This document shows, one piece after another, positions 54,745 to 64,000 of a DNA stretch of 64,000 nt. The stretch's first letter is position 1. Each line of letters opens with the position of its first letter. A program made the position numbers and the translations under genes. The DNA is from Bacillus subtilis subsp. subtilis str. 168 (GTDB taxonomy: Bacteria; Bacillota; Bacilli; Bacillales; Bacillaceae), in contig NC_000964.3 in assembly GCF_000009045.1 (NCBI RefSeq), forward strand, positions 2,356,001-2,420,000. Reading direction: 5' to 3'. A model generated the notes under the pieces. It was not told the origin of the DNA. It did not search any database and was given only the letters and a program-made list of their open reading frames with translations.

Positions 54745-54875
54745 CCATCTTCTCCCATCCAGACTGTACTGTCGGCTCCGGAATCTCACCGAATCCTGCT
54801 GTAAAGACAGCTCGCGGGCTTAGAGCCATTGGCTCATCACCGCCGGTAGGGAATTTCACCCTGCCCCGAAGATTG
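54745..54875 (-). ncRNA. FMN riboswitch (RFN element)
   Basis: ATCTTCGGGGCAGGGTGAAATTCCCTACCGGCGGT...AGCCCGCGA...GATTCGGTGAGATTCCGGAGCCGACAGT..AGTCTGGATGGGAGAAGAT. Confidence 0.98.
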
Positions 54876-54895
54876 ATCATATGAAATTTAATTAC

Positions 54896-54924
54896 ATTAT
54901 AAACGATAACTGGTTGGCTGTATA
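54896..54924 (-). promoter_or_regulatory. Sigma-A promoter of fmnP
   Basis: TATACA-N17-TATAAT. Confidence 0.75.
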
Positions 54925-55016
54925 GAGAATTGCTTCAAATTAAATATATTACCTGCAAGCTGTCAGATCATTGATTTATTAGGCTTTACTTTTATCCTTT
55001 ACTGCGTCAATACACG

Positions 55017-55045
55017 TTGACACTCTTTTGAGAATATGTTAAATT
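55017..55045 (+). promoter_or_regulatory. Sigma-A promoter of serA
   Basis: TTGACA-N17-TAAATT with extended TG. Confidence 0.85.
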
Positions 55046-55085
55046 ATCAGATATTTAGTTTGTCAATTTAGGAGGAAATCTAACG

Positions 55086-56663
55086 ATGTTTCGAGTATTG
55101 GTCTCAGACAAAATGAGCAACGACGGTTTACAGCCACTTATTGAATCAGACTTTATTGAAATCGTTCAAAAAAACGTAGCAGATGCAGAAGATGAATTAC
55201 ATACTTTTGATGCTCTTTTGGTGCGAAGCGCGACAAAAGTAACAGAAGACCTTTTCAACAAAATGACTTCTTTAAAAATTGTCGGAAGAGCCGGTGTCGG
55301 TGTCGATAATATCGATATTGATGAGGCTACGAAACACGGGGTAATCGTGATCAATGCTCCGAACGGCAACACCATTTCGACAGCTGAGCATACATTTGCA
55401 ATGATCTCTTCTTTAATGAGACACATTCCGCAGGCTAATATCTCAGTGAAATCCAGAGAGTGGAACCGCACAGCTTATGTCGGTTCAGAGCTTTATGGAA
55501 AAACGCTTGGTATTGTAGGATTAGGCCGAATCGGAAGTGAAATTGCACAGCGTGCGAGAGCGTTCGGTATGACTGTGCACGTTTTTGATCCTTTCTTAAC
55601 GGAAGAAAGAGCGAAAAAAATCGGCGTAAACAGCCGTACATTTGAAGAAGTGCTTGAAAGTGCGGATATCATTACCGTTCACACGCCTTTAACAAAAGAA
55701 ACAAAAGGCTTATTGAATAAAGAAACGATTGCAAAAACGAAAAAAGGCGTTCGCTTAATTAACTGTGCGCGAGGCGGAATTATCGATGAAGCAGCACTTC
55801 TCGAAGCTTTGGAAAACGGGCATGTTGCGGGAGCAGCGCTTGACGTTTTCGAAGTCGAACCGCCAGTTGACAACAAACTTGTTGATCATCCATTAGTCAT
55901 TGCCACTCCTCACTTGGGAGCATCAACGAAAGAAGCACAGCTCAATGTCGCCGCCCAAGTGTCAGAAGAAGTTCTGCAGTTCGCAAAAGGCCTGCCTGTC
56001 ATGTCAGCTATCAACCTGCCTGCCATGACAAAAGATGAATTTGCTAAAATTAAGCCTTACCATCAAATTGCAGGAAAAATTGGCAGCCTTGTATCACAGT
56101 GCATGAAAGAACCAGTACAGGATGTTGCCATTCAATATGAAGGCACAATTGCTAAACTTGAAACATCGTTCATTACAAAAGCCCTTCTGTCAGGCTTTTT
56201 AAAACCGCGCGTAGACTCTACTGTTAATGAGGTCAATGCCGGGGGTGTCGCAAAAGAACGCGGCATTAGCTTCAGTGAAAAAATTTCCTCTTCTGAATCT
56301 GGATACGATAACTGCATCAGCGTAAAAGTGACAGGAGACCGCAGCACCTTTACTGTAACGGCTACGTATATTCCTCATTTCGGAGAACGAATTGTCGAGA
56401 TCAATGGATTTAATATTGATTTTTATCCGACTGGTCACTTGGTGTATATCCAGCATCAAGATACAACAGGTGTCATCGGCCGAGTAGGACGTATTCTCGG
56501 AGATAATGATATTAACATTGCAACTATGCAGGTTGGCCGTAAGGAAAAAGGCGGAGAAGCCATCATGATGCTTTCCTTTGACAGACATCTGGAAGATAAA
56601 ATTGTGAAAGAACTAACAAATGTCCCTGATATTGTGTCTGTGAAGCTCATTGATCTGCCATAA
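55086..56663 (+). CDS. serA: D-3-phosphoglycerate dehydrogenase with ASB and ACT domains
   Basis: RAGVGVDNID, GLGRIG, INCARGG, TPHLGAS. Confidence 0.97.
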   Translation: MFRVLVSDKMSNDGLQPLIESDFIEIVQKNVADAEDELHTFDALLVRSATKVTEDLFNKMTSLKIVGRAGVGVDNIDIDEATKHGVIVINAPNGNTISTAEHTFAMISSLMRHIPQANISVKSREWNRTAYVGSELYGKTLGIVGLGRIGSEIAQRARAFGMTVHVFDPFLTEERAKKIGVNSRTFEEVLESADIITVHTPLTKETKGLLNKETIAKTKKGVRLINCARGGIIDEAALLEALENGHVAGAALDVFEVEPPVDNKLVDHPLVIATPHLGASTKEAQLNVAAQVSEEVLQFAKGLPVMSAINLPAMTKDEFAKIKPYHQIAGKIGSLVSQCMKEPVQDVAIQYEGTIAKLETSFITKALLSGFLKPRVDSTVNEVNAGGVAKERGISFSEKISSSESGYDNCISVKVTGDRSTFTVTATYIPHFGERIVEINGFNIDFYPTGHLVYIQHQDTTGVIGRVGRILGDNDINIATMQVGRKEKGGEAIMMLSFDRHLEDKIVKELTNVPDIVSVKLIDLP

Positions 56664-56664
56664 T

Positions 56665-56700
56665 TAAAAAAACTCAAGCTATATAGCTTGAGTTTTTTTA
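56665..56700. terminator. Bidirectional terminator serA/aroC (perfect 36-bp palindrome)
   Basis: TAAAAAAACTCAAGCTAT|ATAGCTTGAGTTTTTTTA. Confidence 0.92.
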
Positions 56701-56705
56701 TTGTT

Positions 56706-57473
56706 CTATCCCCGTGTGTTTTTATGCAAAATATCTAAGACACTCCTTAGCTCAGAAACAGGAATTTGGCCTGGTGCGGACGCCTCTTCTCCAGCTCCAA
56801 AAGTACAAGCCGATCCAAAAACCTCACCGCTCAGCCTGCTGATGAGCCCTGTTGCAGCCATTGACATTGTAATAATGGGGCGGTCTGCATATATTGTTTT
56901 CATTGTATACGTCGCATCAAGCAGTGTTAGGAGATCTCCAGTATCATTCGGCATGACAGCCATTTTTGGAATATGCGCGCCTAAGTCCTGCATTTTTCGA
57001 AGTCTGGAAATAATTTCATCTTTTACAGGTGTTTTTTCAAAGTCGTGATTTGACATCACCACATAGACGTTGTTTTCTTCCGCCAGCGATACTAACGCTT
57101 TTACATTTGCATCTCCTGAAAATAATTCGATGTCTATCAGATCGATGTCTTTTGTTTGGATTGCCGATTCCAGCAAAGCAAGATAGGAGCTTTCGTCCAT
57201 CTCCATGCTCCCGCCCTCTTTGTGGGTTCTGAATGTAAATAGAAATAGCTTGTCTTCTAAAGATTTACGAAGCTTAGAAATGAGCTTTGTGACCGCTTCT
57301 CTGTCATTCGCTTTTTCAAATACGTCGACTCTCCATTCAACAATGTCCGGATTCAGTAATTTTACTGCCTCTGCTTCATTCAGAATTTGTTTTTCCGTCT
57401 TTCCCATCAGCGGAATGATGATTTTCGGCATCCCTTCCCCGATGGAAACTCCTTTAATCGTTAACACGTTCAC
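56706..57473 (-). CDS. aroC: Type I 3-dehydroquinate dehydratase (aroD in other bacteria)
   Basis: EWRVD, FTFRTHKEGG, SNHDF, PKMA, APGQ; GTG start (255 aa). Confidence 0.96.
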   Translation of the reverse strand: MNVLTIKGVSIGEGMPKIIIPLMGKTEKQILNEAEAVKLLNPDIVEWRVDVFEKANDREAVTKLISKLRKSLEDKLFLFTFRTHKEGGSMEMDESSYLALLESAIQTKDIDLIDIELFSGDANVKALVSLAEENNVYVVMSNHDFEKTPVKDEIISRLRKMQDLGAHIPKMAVMPNDTGDLLTLLDATYTMKTIYADRPIITMSMAATGLISRLSGEVFGSACTFGAGEEASAPGQIPVSELRSVLDILHKNTRG

Positions 57474-57507
57474 TCGTCTCAAATCCTTTCAATCTTTACC
57501 TTGTTTT

Positions 57508-57536
57508 ATTATACACGTACAACTTTTTTTTGAAAA
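57508..57536 (-). promoter_or_regulatory. Sigma-A promoter of aroC
   Basis: TTTTCA-N17-TATAAT. Confidence 0.65.
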
Positions 57537-57558
57537 TTTCTATTATATGAATAGCAAC

Positions 57559-57587
57559 TAAAAAAGAGCCTTAAAGGGCTCTTTTTA
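57559..57587. terminator. sigX-rsiX terminator
   Basis: CTAAAAAAGAGCC-TTAAAG-GGCTCTTTTTAG. Confidence 0.85.
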
Positions 57588-58691
57588 GTTTAAGGAAATC
57601 GGATTTGGAGCAGCTGGCACCGGAATTGCATCTGATATGTCATATTTGCCGATTTTTTTCGTTCTGGTTTCCGTAAAGGTCACTTCTGTGAAGCCAAACT
57701 CTTTTGCAGTCAAAAGTAGTCCCTCAATCATTAAAATACCGGCAATAGAATCATCAACTTCTGACTCCTTTGAAAAGCGGATATATAAGTGTTTCTGTTT
57801 CTTCGTTACAGATTGGACAGCACCCGCTTGAATAAGAGGTGTCGTATCTTCTTGGCTGCTCGATTCCATTTCCTTAATCGCTTCTTTTACTGTATCAAAA
57901 GAATGATTTGACGGAACGAGAAAGTCTTGTCCTTGTTTATTTTGGTACAAGTAGTAGGATCGTTTTGACTGTTTGGGAATCGAAATTTCCGTAAAAGTGC
58001 CATATGAGCCAATCCGAACCCCAGTCTCATTTTGATCCGATAAAAATTTGACTTTTTCATAAGGACTCCATTTTAAGGATTCTTTAAGCAATTTTTTTAA
58101 CAGTGTATCATCTTTTATAGAAAATGCCGTAGCTGGCTGATGGACTCGTATACTTAATTCCTTCTGCTTTGGTTTTTCCTTTATTTCTACTTCATCTATG
58201 AAGGTTGGAATTGTAATGGCATGATCAAGGATGCCCAATTCACTACTTTCAAACAGCATATCCTGGATCGTTTGGTCTGCATTTGTTTTTTGAATGCTGA
58301 CGGGTATGATTGCAGATGTATCGGCATCAGCAACCGCTACAGTGATGTAATTGTCTTGTTCCTTTTCAGGAACGACAAACGATGTCTGATCCAAGGACGA
58401 TGCAGCTTTTGGGCTGTCTTCTGTCTCAGTTTTCGTTACTGCGTTCTCTTGGGACGCTTCTTTTTGTTGAGGCTGTGCCTGATCAAAGAAATGAGGAGAA
58501 ATAATGAAGGCGATATAAACCGCAATTGCAGCGGCACACGCGGGGCCAATCCACCTGACAGCGGGCTTATTTTTACGCTTTGCCATCGTCAGCCGCTTGT
58601 AAATATCCTGAGGCGAACGATGGTCTTTAACTGCCGGAAGTTGACTTAACAACTCCTTTATCTGTTCTTCGTTCCATTCTGACTTCATCAT
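57585..58691 (-). CDS. rsiX: Anti-sigma-X factor
   Basis: 368 aa, single TM; overlaps the sigX 3' end by 65 nt. Confidence 0.92.
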   Translation of the reverse strand: MMKSEWNEEQIKELLSQLPAVKDHRSPQDIYKRLTMAKRKNKPAVRWIGPACAAAIAVYIAFIISPHFFDQAQPQQKEASQENAVTKTETEDSPKAASSLDQTSFVVPEKEQDNYITVAVADADTSAIIPVSIQKTNADQTIQDMLFESSELGILDHAITIPTFIDEVEIKEKPKQKELSIRVHQPATAFSIKDDTLLKKLLKESLKWSPYEKVKFLSDQNETGVRIGSYGTFTEISIPKQSKRSYYLYQNKQGQDFLVPSNHSFDTVKEAIKEMESSSQEDTTPLIQAGAVQSVTKKQKHLYIRFSKESEVDDSIAGILMIEGLLLTAKEFGFTEVTFTETRTKKIGKYDISDAIPVPAAPNPISLN

Positions 58692-59211
58692 CCATTAGCT
58701 CCTCCCTCAAAAGCTCCATATGTTTCCGAAGTACTTTGAGCCCTCTGTGTTGGGTCGTTTTTACTTTGCTTTCCGAGAAGCGCAGAGCCTTGGCTGTTTC
58801 CTGTATTGAATATCCCTGAATAAACCGCAAGATAATCACAGCTCTTTGATCGATTGTACATTGATCAAGCGCAGCATAAATTTCCCGGACATTTTCATGT
58901 TGAACCGCAAGTTCGTCCGGCAGCAATTGCTGATCCCTGACATCCTGTGTATCCCAGTCAAATGTACCGAGTATACGCTGTCTGATTGTTTGCTGTTTAC
59001 GGAACCAGTCTATCGCAACATGGCGTGCGATAGACAAAAGCCATGTTTTTTCACTGCTTCTTCCTTCAAACGTATGATAAGAATTTAATACCCGGATATA
59101 AACCTCTTGAAGAAGGTCTTCTGTCTGGTTTTTATCCTTTACCATATAAAATAAAAATTGGTACAAATCTTGATGATATGTATCATATAATAATTGAAAG
59201 GTTTCTTCCAT
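58627..59211 (-). CDS. sigX: ECF sigma factor X
   Basis: EDLLQEVY, TWLLSIARH, VKTTQHRG. Confidence 0.96.
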   Translation of the reverse strand: MEETFQLLYDTYHQDLYQFLFYMVKDKNQTEDLLQEVYIRVLNSYHTFEGRSSEKTWLLSIARHVAIDWFRKQQTIRQRILGTFDWDTQDVRDQQLLPDELAVQHENVREIYAALDQCTIDQRAVIILRFIQGYSIQETAKALRFSESKVKTTQHRGLKVLRKHMELLREELMDDEVRMERRTDKGVVKSTSGS

Positions 59212-59236
59212 TTGAAACCCCTCCGTTCACTTTTTT

Positions 59237-59263
59237 GTCGTATGAATAGCTTGAAAAGTTACA
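59237..59263 (-). promoter_or_regulatory. Autoregulatory sigma-X promoter
   Basis: TGTAAC-N17-CGAC, exact sigma-X consensus. Confidence 0.9.
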
Positions 59264-59344
59264 TTACAACTATATTACGAGTAACTGGAATTTGGAAGGG
59301 AATTTATATTAACATATCCTTAAATTTTATTAATGTTGGCTATT

Positions 59345-59376
59345 AAAAAAACACCCGCTCAGTCAGCGGGTGTTTC
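59345..59376 (-). terminator. resABCDE terminator
   Basis: AAACACCCGCT-GACTG-AGCGGGTGTTT-TTTT. Confidence 0.9.
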
Positions 59377-59414
59377 TTATGGAACAAGATTCTTCGGCAA
59401 ATTCAGACTCGATT

Positions 59415-61184
59415 TTACCGTTTTGTCGGAATATAAAAAGAAAATGTTGTTCCTTTATCTATTCGGCTGTGCACAGTAATTGATCCGTTGTGGGCTTCCA
59501 CGATATTTTTAACGATAGCCAGCCCTAACCCGGTTCCTGCTCTGCCCCTTGTCCGCGCTTTATCTGCCTTATAAAACCGCTCAAAGATAAATGGCAGATC
59601 TTCTTCCGGTATGCCAGACCCGGAGTCTTTGATATCAATTTTCAATCCATCCTTCACAGAATGGACTGAAATGGAGACACTGCCGCCGGCTGAAGTATGC
59701 CGCAGCGCGTTATCAATCAAATTGGTAAATACCTGCTCCATCTTGTCTTCATCAAACATAAATTCCTCTTCTGTGAGAGAAATGTCATGATCTAAAGCAA
59801 TATTTTTTTCTTTCGCAACACCGGAAAACTTCCGAATGATCTTTTCTAAAAACTCATTCACATTGATTTTTTCATAATGTAAGCCTGTATGGCCTGATTC
59901 CATTCGGGCTAAATCAAGCAAATCATTAACTAAACGGCCCATTCGGAGCGATTCGTCATAAATGATTTGGGCAATTTCTTTCCGGTCTTCTTCAGAGCTT
60001 GCAATGTCATCGACAATTGCTTCACTGTATCCCTGAAGCATGGAGATCGGTGTTCTCAGCTCATGACTGACATTTGCGATAAAGTCCTCCCGCAGCTTAT
60101 CAAGGCGGCGTTCTTCTGTCATGTCACGCAGTACGGCAACCGCTCCTCTGACGTGCGATTCCGCATAAAGCGGCGACATCAAAAGCACCCATGATCTGCC
60201 TTGAAGCGTCATCTCAATCATTTGTTCTTTTTCAGTGCTGACAGCGTTTTGAAACAGCTCTTTTGCTTCAGGCGGAAGATTGTCGCCTTCTTTGATATTC
60301 ATGTTCTGTTCATAATACCAAGCCTGAAGAAAACGTTCAGCCGGCGGGTTGGTCACAAGAATCGTACCGTCAATATTAATGGTAATAACCCCGTCAGCCA
60401 TACTGCTCAAAATGTTAGAAAGCTGCTCTTTTTCTTGATTGAGCGCATTGATATGAAAGTTAAGCTGCCGGCCCATTTGATTAAAAGCGGTCGCCAGTTC
60501 ACCGATTTCATCCTGAGTTAAAATCGGGATTTTTGTATCGAACTTGCCCTTCGCCAAATCCTGCGCGCCTTCTCTCATTTTTCGGAGAGGGTACGTGACC
60601 CTGCTTGATAAAAAGAATGCGAAAAATGTGGTCAGCACAATCGCAATTCCAGCGGCAAGAAAAATATAGCGGGTCGTATGTTTTGTTGTATCTTTAACGG
60701 CAAGCAAAGACTGGGATAAAAAGACCATGCCTTTCTTTCCGTCTTTTTCATACGGGACACCTACAATCAGGCGTTCATTATCCGTGTCTGTATCGCTCAG
60801 TCCCGTCCGTTTGCTTACTTTTTTATGGTCTTTGAGAGCTTTATTTAAGTCTTTGTCATGCTGTATTTGCTCAACCGTAATAGACGACAGGCGATTTTTA
60901 TCATTCGGAGAATACCAGTGGTTCTTCTCATCCTGGATGATGGCAATGCTTGTTAAGTTATCAGCGAGTTCCCAAGTGATTGACCTTGCCAGTGCCTGGT
61001 CCTCGTGATTTTCTAGGATGACAGCAACTTTATTCGCAAGCTGTGTTAAATCATTCTCAGCTTCTTCCACATGGTAGTTTTCAATAAACTCCAGCAAAAG
61101 AACCGTTAAAATGAACAATACGATCAAGACGAGTGAAAGGATCGTAAACCACAGCTTGCCTACTACGCTTTTCCAAAATTTCAT
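59415..61184 (-). CDS. resE: Sensor histidine kinase
   Basis: HAMP, PAS, SHELRTP, NLIDNA, GTGLGL. Confidence 0.97.
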
Positions 61185-61903
61185 TCAGCGCCGACCTCAA
61201 ATTTATAACCTACACCCCATACGGTGACAATTTTTTTCGCAGCTTCCGGAGATACCTTGTTCAGCTTCTCTCTCAAGCGTTTGACGTGAGTGTCCACTGT
61301 CCGTAAATCACCAAAAAACTCATATTGCCACACTTCTTTCAGAAGCTTTTCCCGATCATACACCTTGTCAGGCGTTTTCGCTAAGAAATATAGAAGCTCA
61401 TACTCTTTTGGCGTCAGGCTCACTTCTGTTCCATCAGCTGTTACGCGGTGAGCATCATGGTCTATTGACAGATGTGAAAACACGAGCACATTTTTCGTCG
61501 GTGTATTGGCATTGAAATAAGAGGTTTGGGATGCTCTTCTCAAAAGGGCCTTTACACGCAGCACGACTTCTCTCGGGCTGAACGGCTTAACAATATAATC
61601 ATCTGTTCCCGCTTCAAACCCCTGCACCCGGTTTGCTTCTTCTCCTTTTGCGGTCAGCATAATAATGGGTGTCGCTTTTTTTTCACGAATTTGCCGGCAC
61701 ACTTCAATTCCATCAGTCCCCGGCATCATCAGATCAAGCAAAATTAAGTCATAATTGGCTTCAAGCCCTTTGGCAATGGCTTCATCACCATTTTCAGCTT
61801 CATCTATAGCATAATTTTCACGTTCAAGATACATTCTTAAAAGGCGGCGAATTCTGGCTTCGTCATCAACTACTAATATTTTTGTTTCGTTCGTTTGGTC
61901 CAT
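61181..61903 (-). CDS. resD: OmpR-family response regulator
   Basis: VVDD, LLDLMMP, KPF, VWGVGY; 240 aa. Confidence 0.97.
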
Positions 61904-61934
61904 GTTTTCCCCCTGCTTTCCTTCTGTTACTTTC

Positions 61935-61964
61935 ATTTTATCAAATCGTGAGAAAGTTTGAGAA
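61935..61964 (-). promoter_or_regulatory. Internal sigma-A promoter of resDE
   Basis: TTCTCA-N18-TAAAAT with extended TG. Confidence 0.55.
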
Positions 61965-61983
61965 CTGTGTCGCTTTCAAAGGA

Positions 61984-63159
61984 CTATGCATAAGAATGAA
62001 GTCCGGCAAGCACAAGATTTACGAATATTAAATTAAACATAATAATAGCAAAACCGATTACGGCCAGCCATGCTGACTTCTCACCGTGCCAGCCTCTTGA
62101 CAGTCTTAAATGCAAGTAAGCGGCATAGAACAAAAATGTGATCAGCGCCCATACTTCCTTAGGGTCCCAGCCCCAAAATCTGGTCCACGCGAGCTGAGCC
62201 CAAATCATTGCAAAGATCAGCGCGCCGAGTGTAAAGATCGGAAATCCGATTGATACGGCCCTGTACCCAACCTCATCCACCAGATCAAGATTGACGTTTT
62301 TCACCAGCGGATGTAATAGAGCGCTGATTCTTTTTCTGATGATCAGACGGAGAGCCCCATACAACACAAGACCTGCTCCAAATGACCAAATGACAGTGTT
62401 CACTTTTCTGCCTGAGAAAAGCGCGGGAAGATCAACAAGCGGTTCCATTCTTCCTTCGGTCAAAAGCTCTCCCTGATGCGGACCGACAAGCGCGGGCATT
62501 TCGTACACCATCACGCTTTTTTCTTTACTTTTGTCCACCCAGTTAAACTCCGCTTCATAGCCTGCAAGACGAAATGCCGATGTGATTGCAATAAAGGCGA
62601 CGGTTGTGACCAGGATAAACATAATCGCTTCAAGCCAGAAGGTCTTTTTGCTTGGCTTTGTCTGGTCTACATGCTTCAAAAGAAAGATGACACCAGCGAC
62701 AAAGCTGATGGCAAGTATAGCTTGCCCAAGCGCGGCCGTTGTTACGTGAATATACAGCCAGTTACTTTGGAGCGAAGGAATTAAAGGCGAGATATCTGTC
62801 GGAAACATGCTGGCGTAGGCAATCAGCAATAAAGCAATTGACAGCGTAAACAGGCCTAATGAAGGCAATCTATAGAGAAAATAAAGAATGATAAACGCCA
62901 AAACAAGCATCATGCCAAAAGCGGTGGTGAATTCAAACATATTGCTGACAGGCGCATGGCCGCTTGCAGCCCACCTTGTGATGAAATATCCTAGGTGGCA
63001 GAAAAAACCGACAATAGAAAGGGTGATTCCAATGTTGGCCCATCGGTTTGGCCTGCCCTTTTTATCTTTATTCCCGCGTATGGCCCCGCCGAAGATTGGG
63101 ACAGCGATTAAATACACAAGAAAGGCCGCATAAAGAAAATTTCCGCTCAGCTCTGCCAT
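61984..63159 (-). CDS. resC: Cytochrome c biogenesis protein (CcsA-type)
   Basis: WGWDPKE WWD domain; conserved histidines. Confidence 0.96.
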
Positions 63160-63178
63160 GACATCACTCCCTTTTCGC

Positions 63179-64000
63179 CTATTTCTGTGTTTTGATTAAT
63201 TCTTTTTGGTCCACCGGTTCAGTCAGTCCGGAATCAGCCAATATAAATGCTAAATCCTTCTTCAGGCCAAACCAGTTTTTATTGGTATGCCCTGCTACCA
63301 TAACTGCACCGTCCTGTGAGTGCAGCCAAATTCTTCGATGCTGCCAGTACATACCTTGAATGACACCGATCATAAAAATGGCTCCGCCGACAGCAAGCAC
63401 CCAGAGTGTCAGATCCTTTCTGACTGTAAGTCCAGTAATGTTTTTCGTTTCGACATGGTCAAATTTCAGCTTGTATTTATTATTGCCTGATCCTTCGATG
63501 GTTTCTTGGATGGCGACAAAGCTCTTTTCGCCTTTCGGTTTGTCCGGCGTTATGATATTAAAGACAAAAGCCGGATTGTTAGGGATCTTTGTTTTTGTGC
63601 TCGGCTCTCCGTCCTGATTAAAATAGAAGTCAGGCAGGTAGCTGGCGATTTCCACCTTGTAACCGTTACCAAGATCATAGACTGAATCTGGATCCAGAAG
63701 GTTGATCTTCAGGCTCCCAAAGGATTTTTTTGTTTTTTTATCAATCAGCTGGAACACCATTTGGTCAAGCTGATTCTCTTTGTAATCCACCTGGTAAACG
63801 GAAAAAGAATCAAAACGCAGCGGCTGATTGACACGGATGTCTTCTTCTGTTACTTTTTCCAGCTTCGGCTTCTCGCCATAAACAATTTTTCCTTCTCTCT
63901 TGTAGAGTACGGCATCAGTTTGAAAGTTCTTTGCCACTCTACCGTCCCCGACTCTGTCAATGGCATCTGCAAATACCTTTTTTTCCGTTTTGCTGTTATA
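63179..64000 (-). CDS. resB: Cytochrome c biogenesis protein (CcsB-type), 3' portion; start lies outside the window
   Basis: Frame is open to the window edge ([26 protein letters not shown]...); [15 protein letters not shown]. Confidence 0.93.

Noticed and set aside
54695-54880. 61-aa ORF (ypzE-like) upstream of fmnP
   Set aside because: It coincides with the FMN aptamer, has no SD, and its sequence is explained by RNA constraints.
57524-57538. CodY-like motif upstream of aroC
   Set aside because: 12/15 match driven by a T-run in AT-rich DNA.
58221-58649. 142-aa plus-strand ORF
   Set aside because: Antisense to rsiX with no supporting signals.
63179-63937. resB appearing truncated at 252 aa
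   Set aside because: The frame is open to position 64000, so this is a window-edge artefact and not a pseudogene.

Overview
This is core chromosome of Bacillus subtilis, almost certainly the laboratory strain 168 lineage. The evidence is the trpC2 one-codon deletion, the cryptic gudB 9-bp duplication and the AroH Val112 allele. The window runs from the 5' part of cca to the 3' part of resB, and nearly all genes are on the minus strand. In window order it contains: cca-bshA-bshB1-mgsA-dapB-ypjD, ypjC/B/A, qcrCBA, ypiF/B/A, the aro-trp supraoperon (aroE-tyrA-hisC-trpABFCDE-aroH-aroB-aroF) with the TRAP attenuator, cheR, ndk-hepT-menH-hepS, mtrB-folE, hbs, spoIVA, yphF/E, gpsA-der, ypzH-seaA-yphA, ypzI, fni-ypfD-cmk-ypfB, motI, ypeB-sleB, prsW, ypdA, gudB, ypbH/G/F/E/D, recS-ypbB, fer, fmnP with its FMN riboswitch, serA, aroC, rsiX-sigX and resE-D-C-B. 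I see no mobile elements, CRISPR arrays, tRNA or rRNA genes. I found no new multi-gene system; the only poorly characterised module is yphA-seaA-ypzH. The best leads are non-coding: (1) a 130-bp imperfect inverted repeat between aroE and ypiA; (2) a three-arm SD/anti-SD switch between hisC and tyrA; (3) a multi-hairpin region after gpsA with recurring CAAG(U) motifs and a sigma-G-like promoter; (4) a Fur-like box at an activator-type position upstream of fer; (5) a terminator just downstream of the best der promoter. Gene names and functions come from recognising the protein sequences; no database search was run. Start codons were adjusted by hand using SD position.
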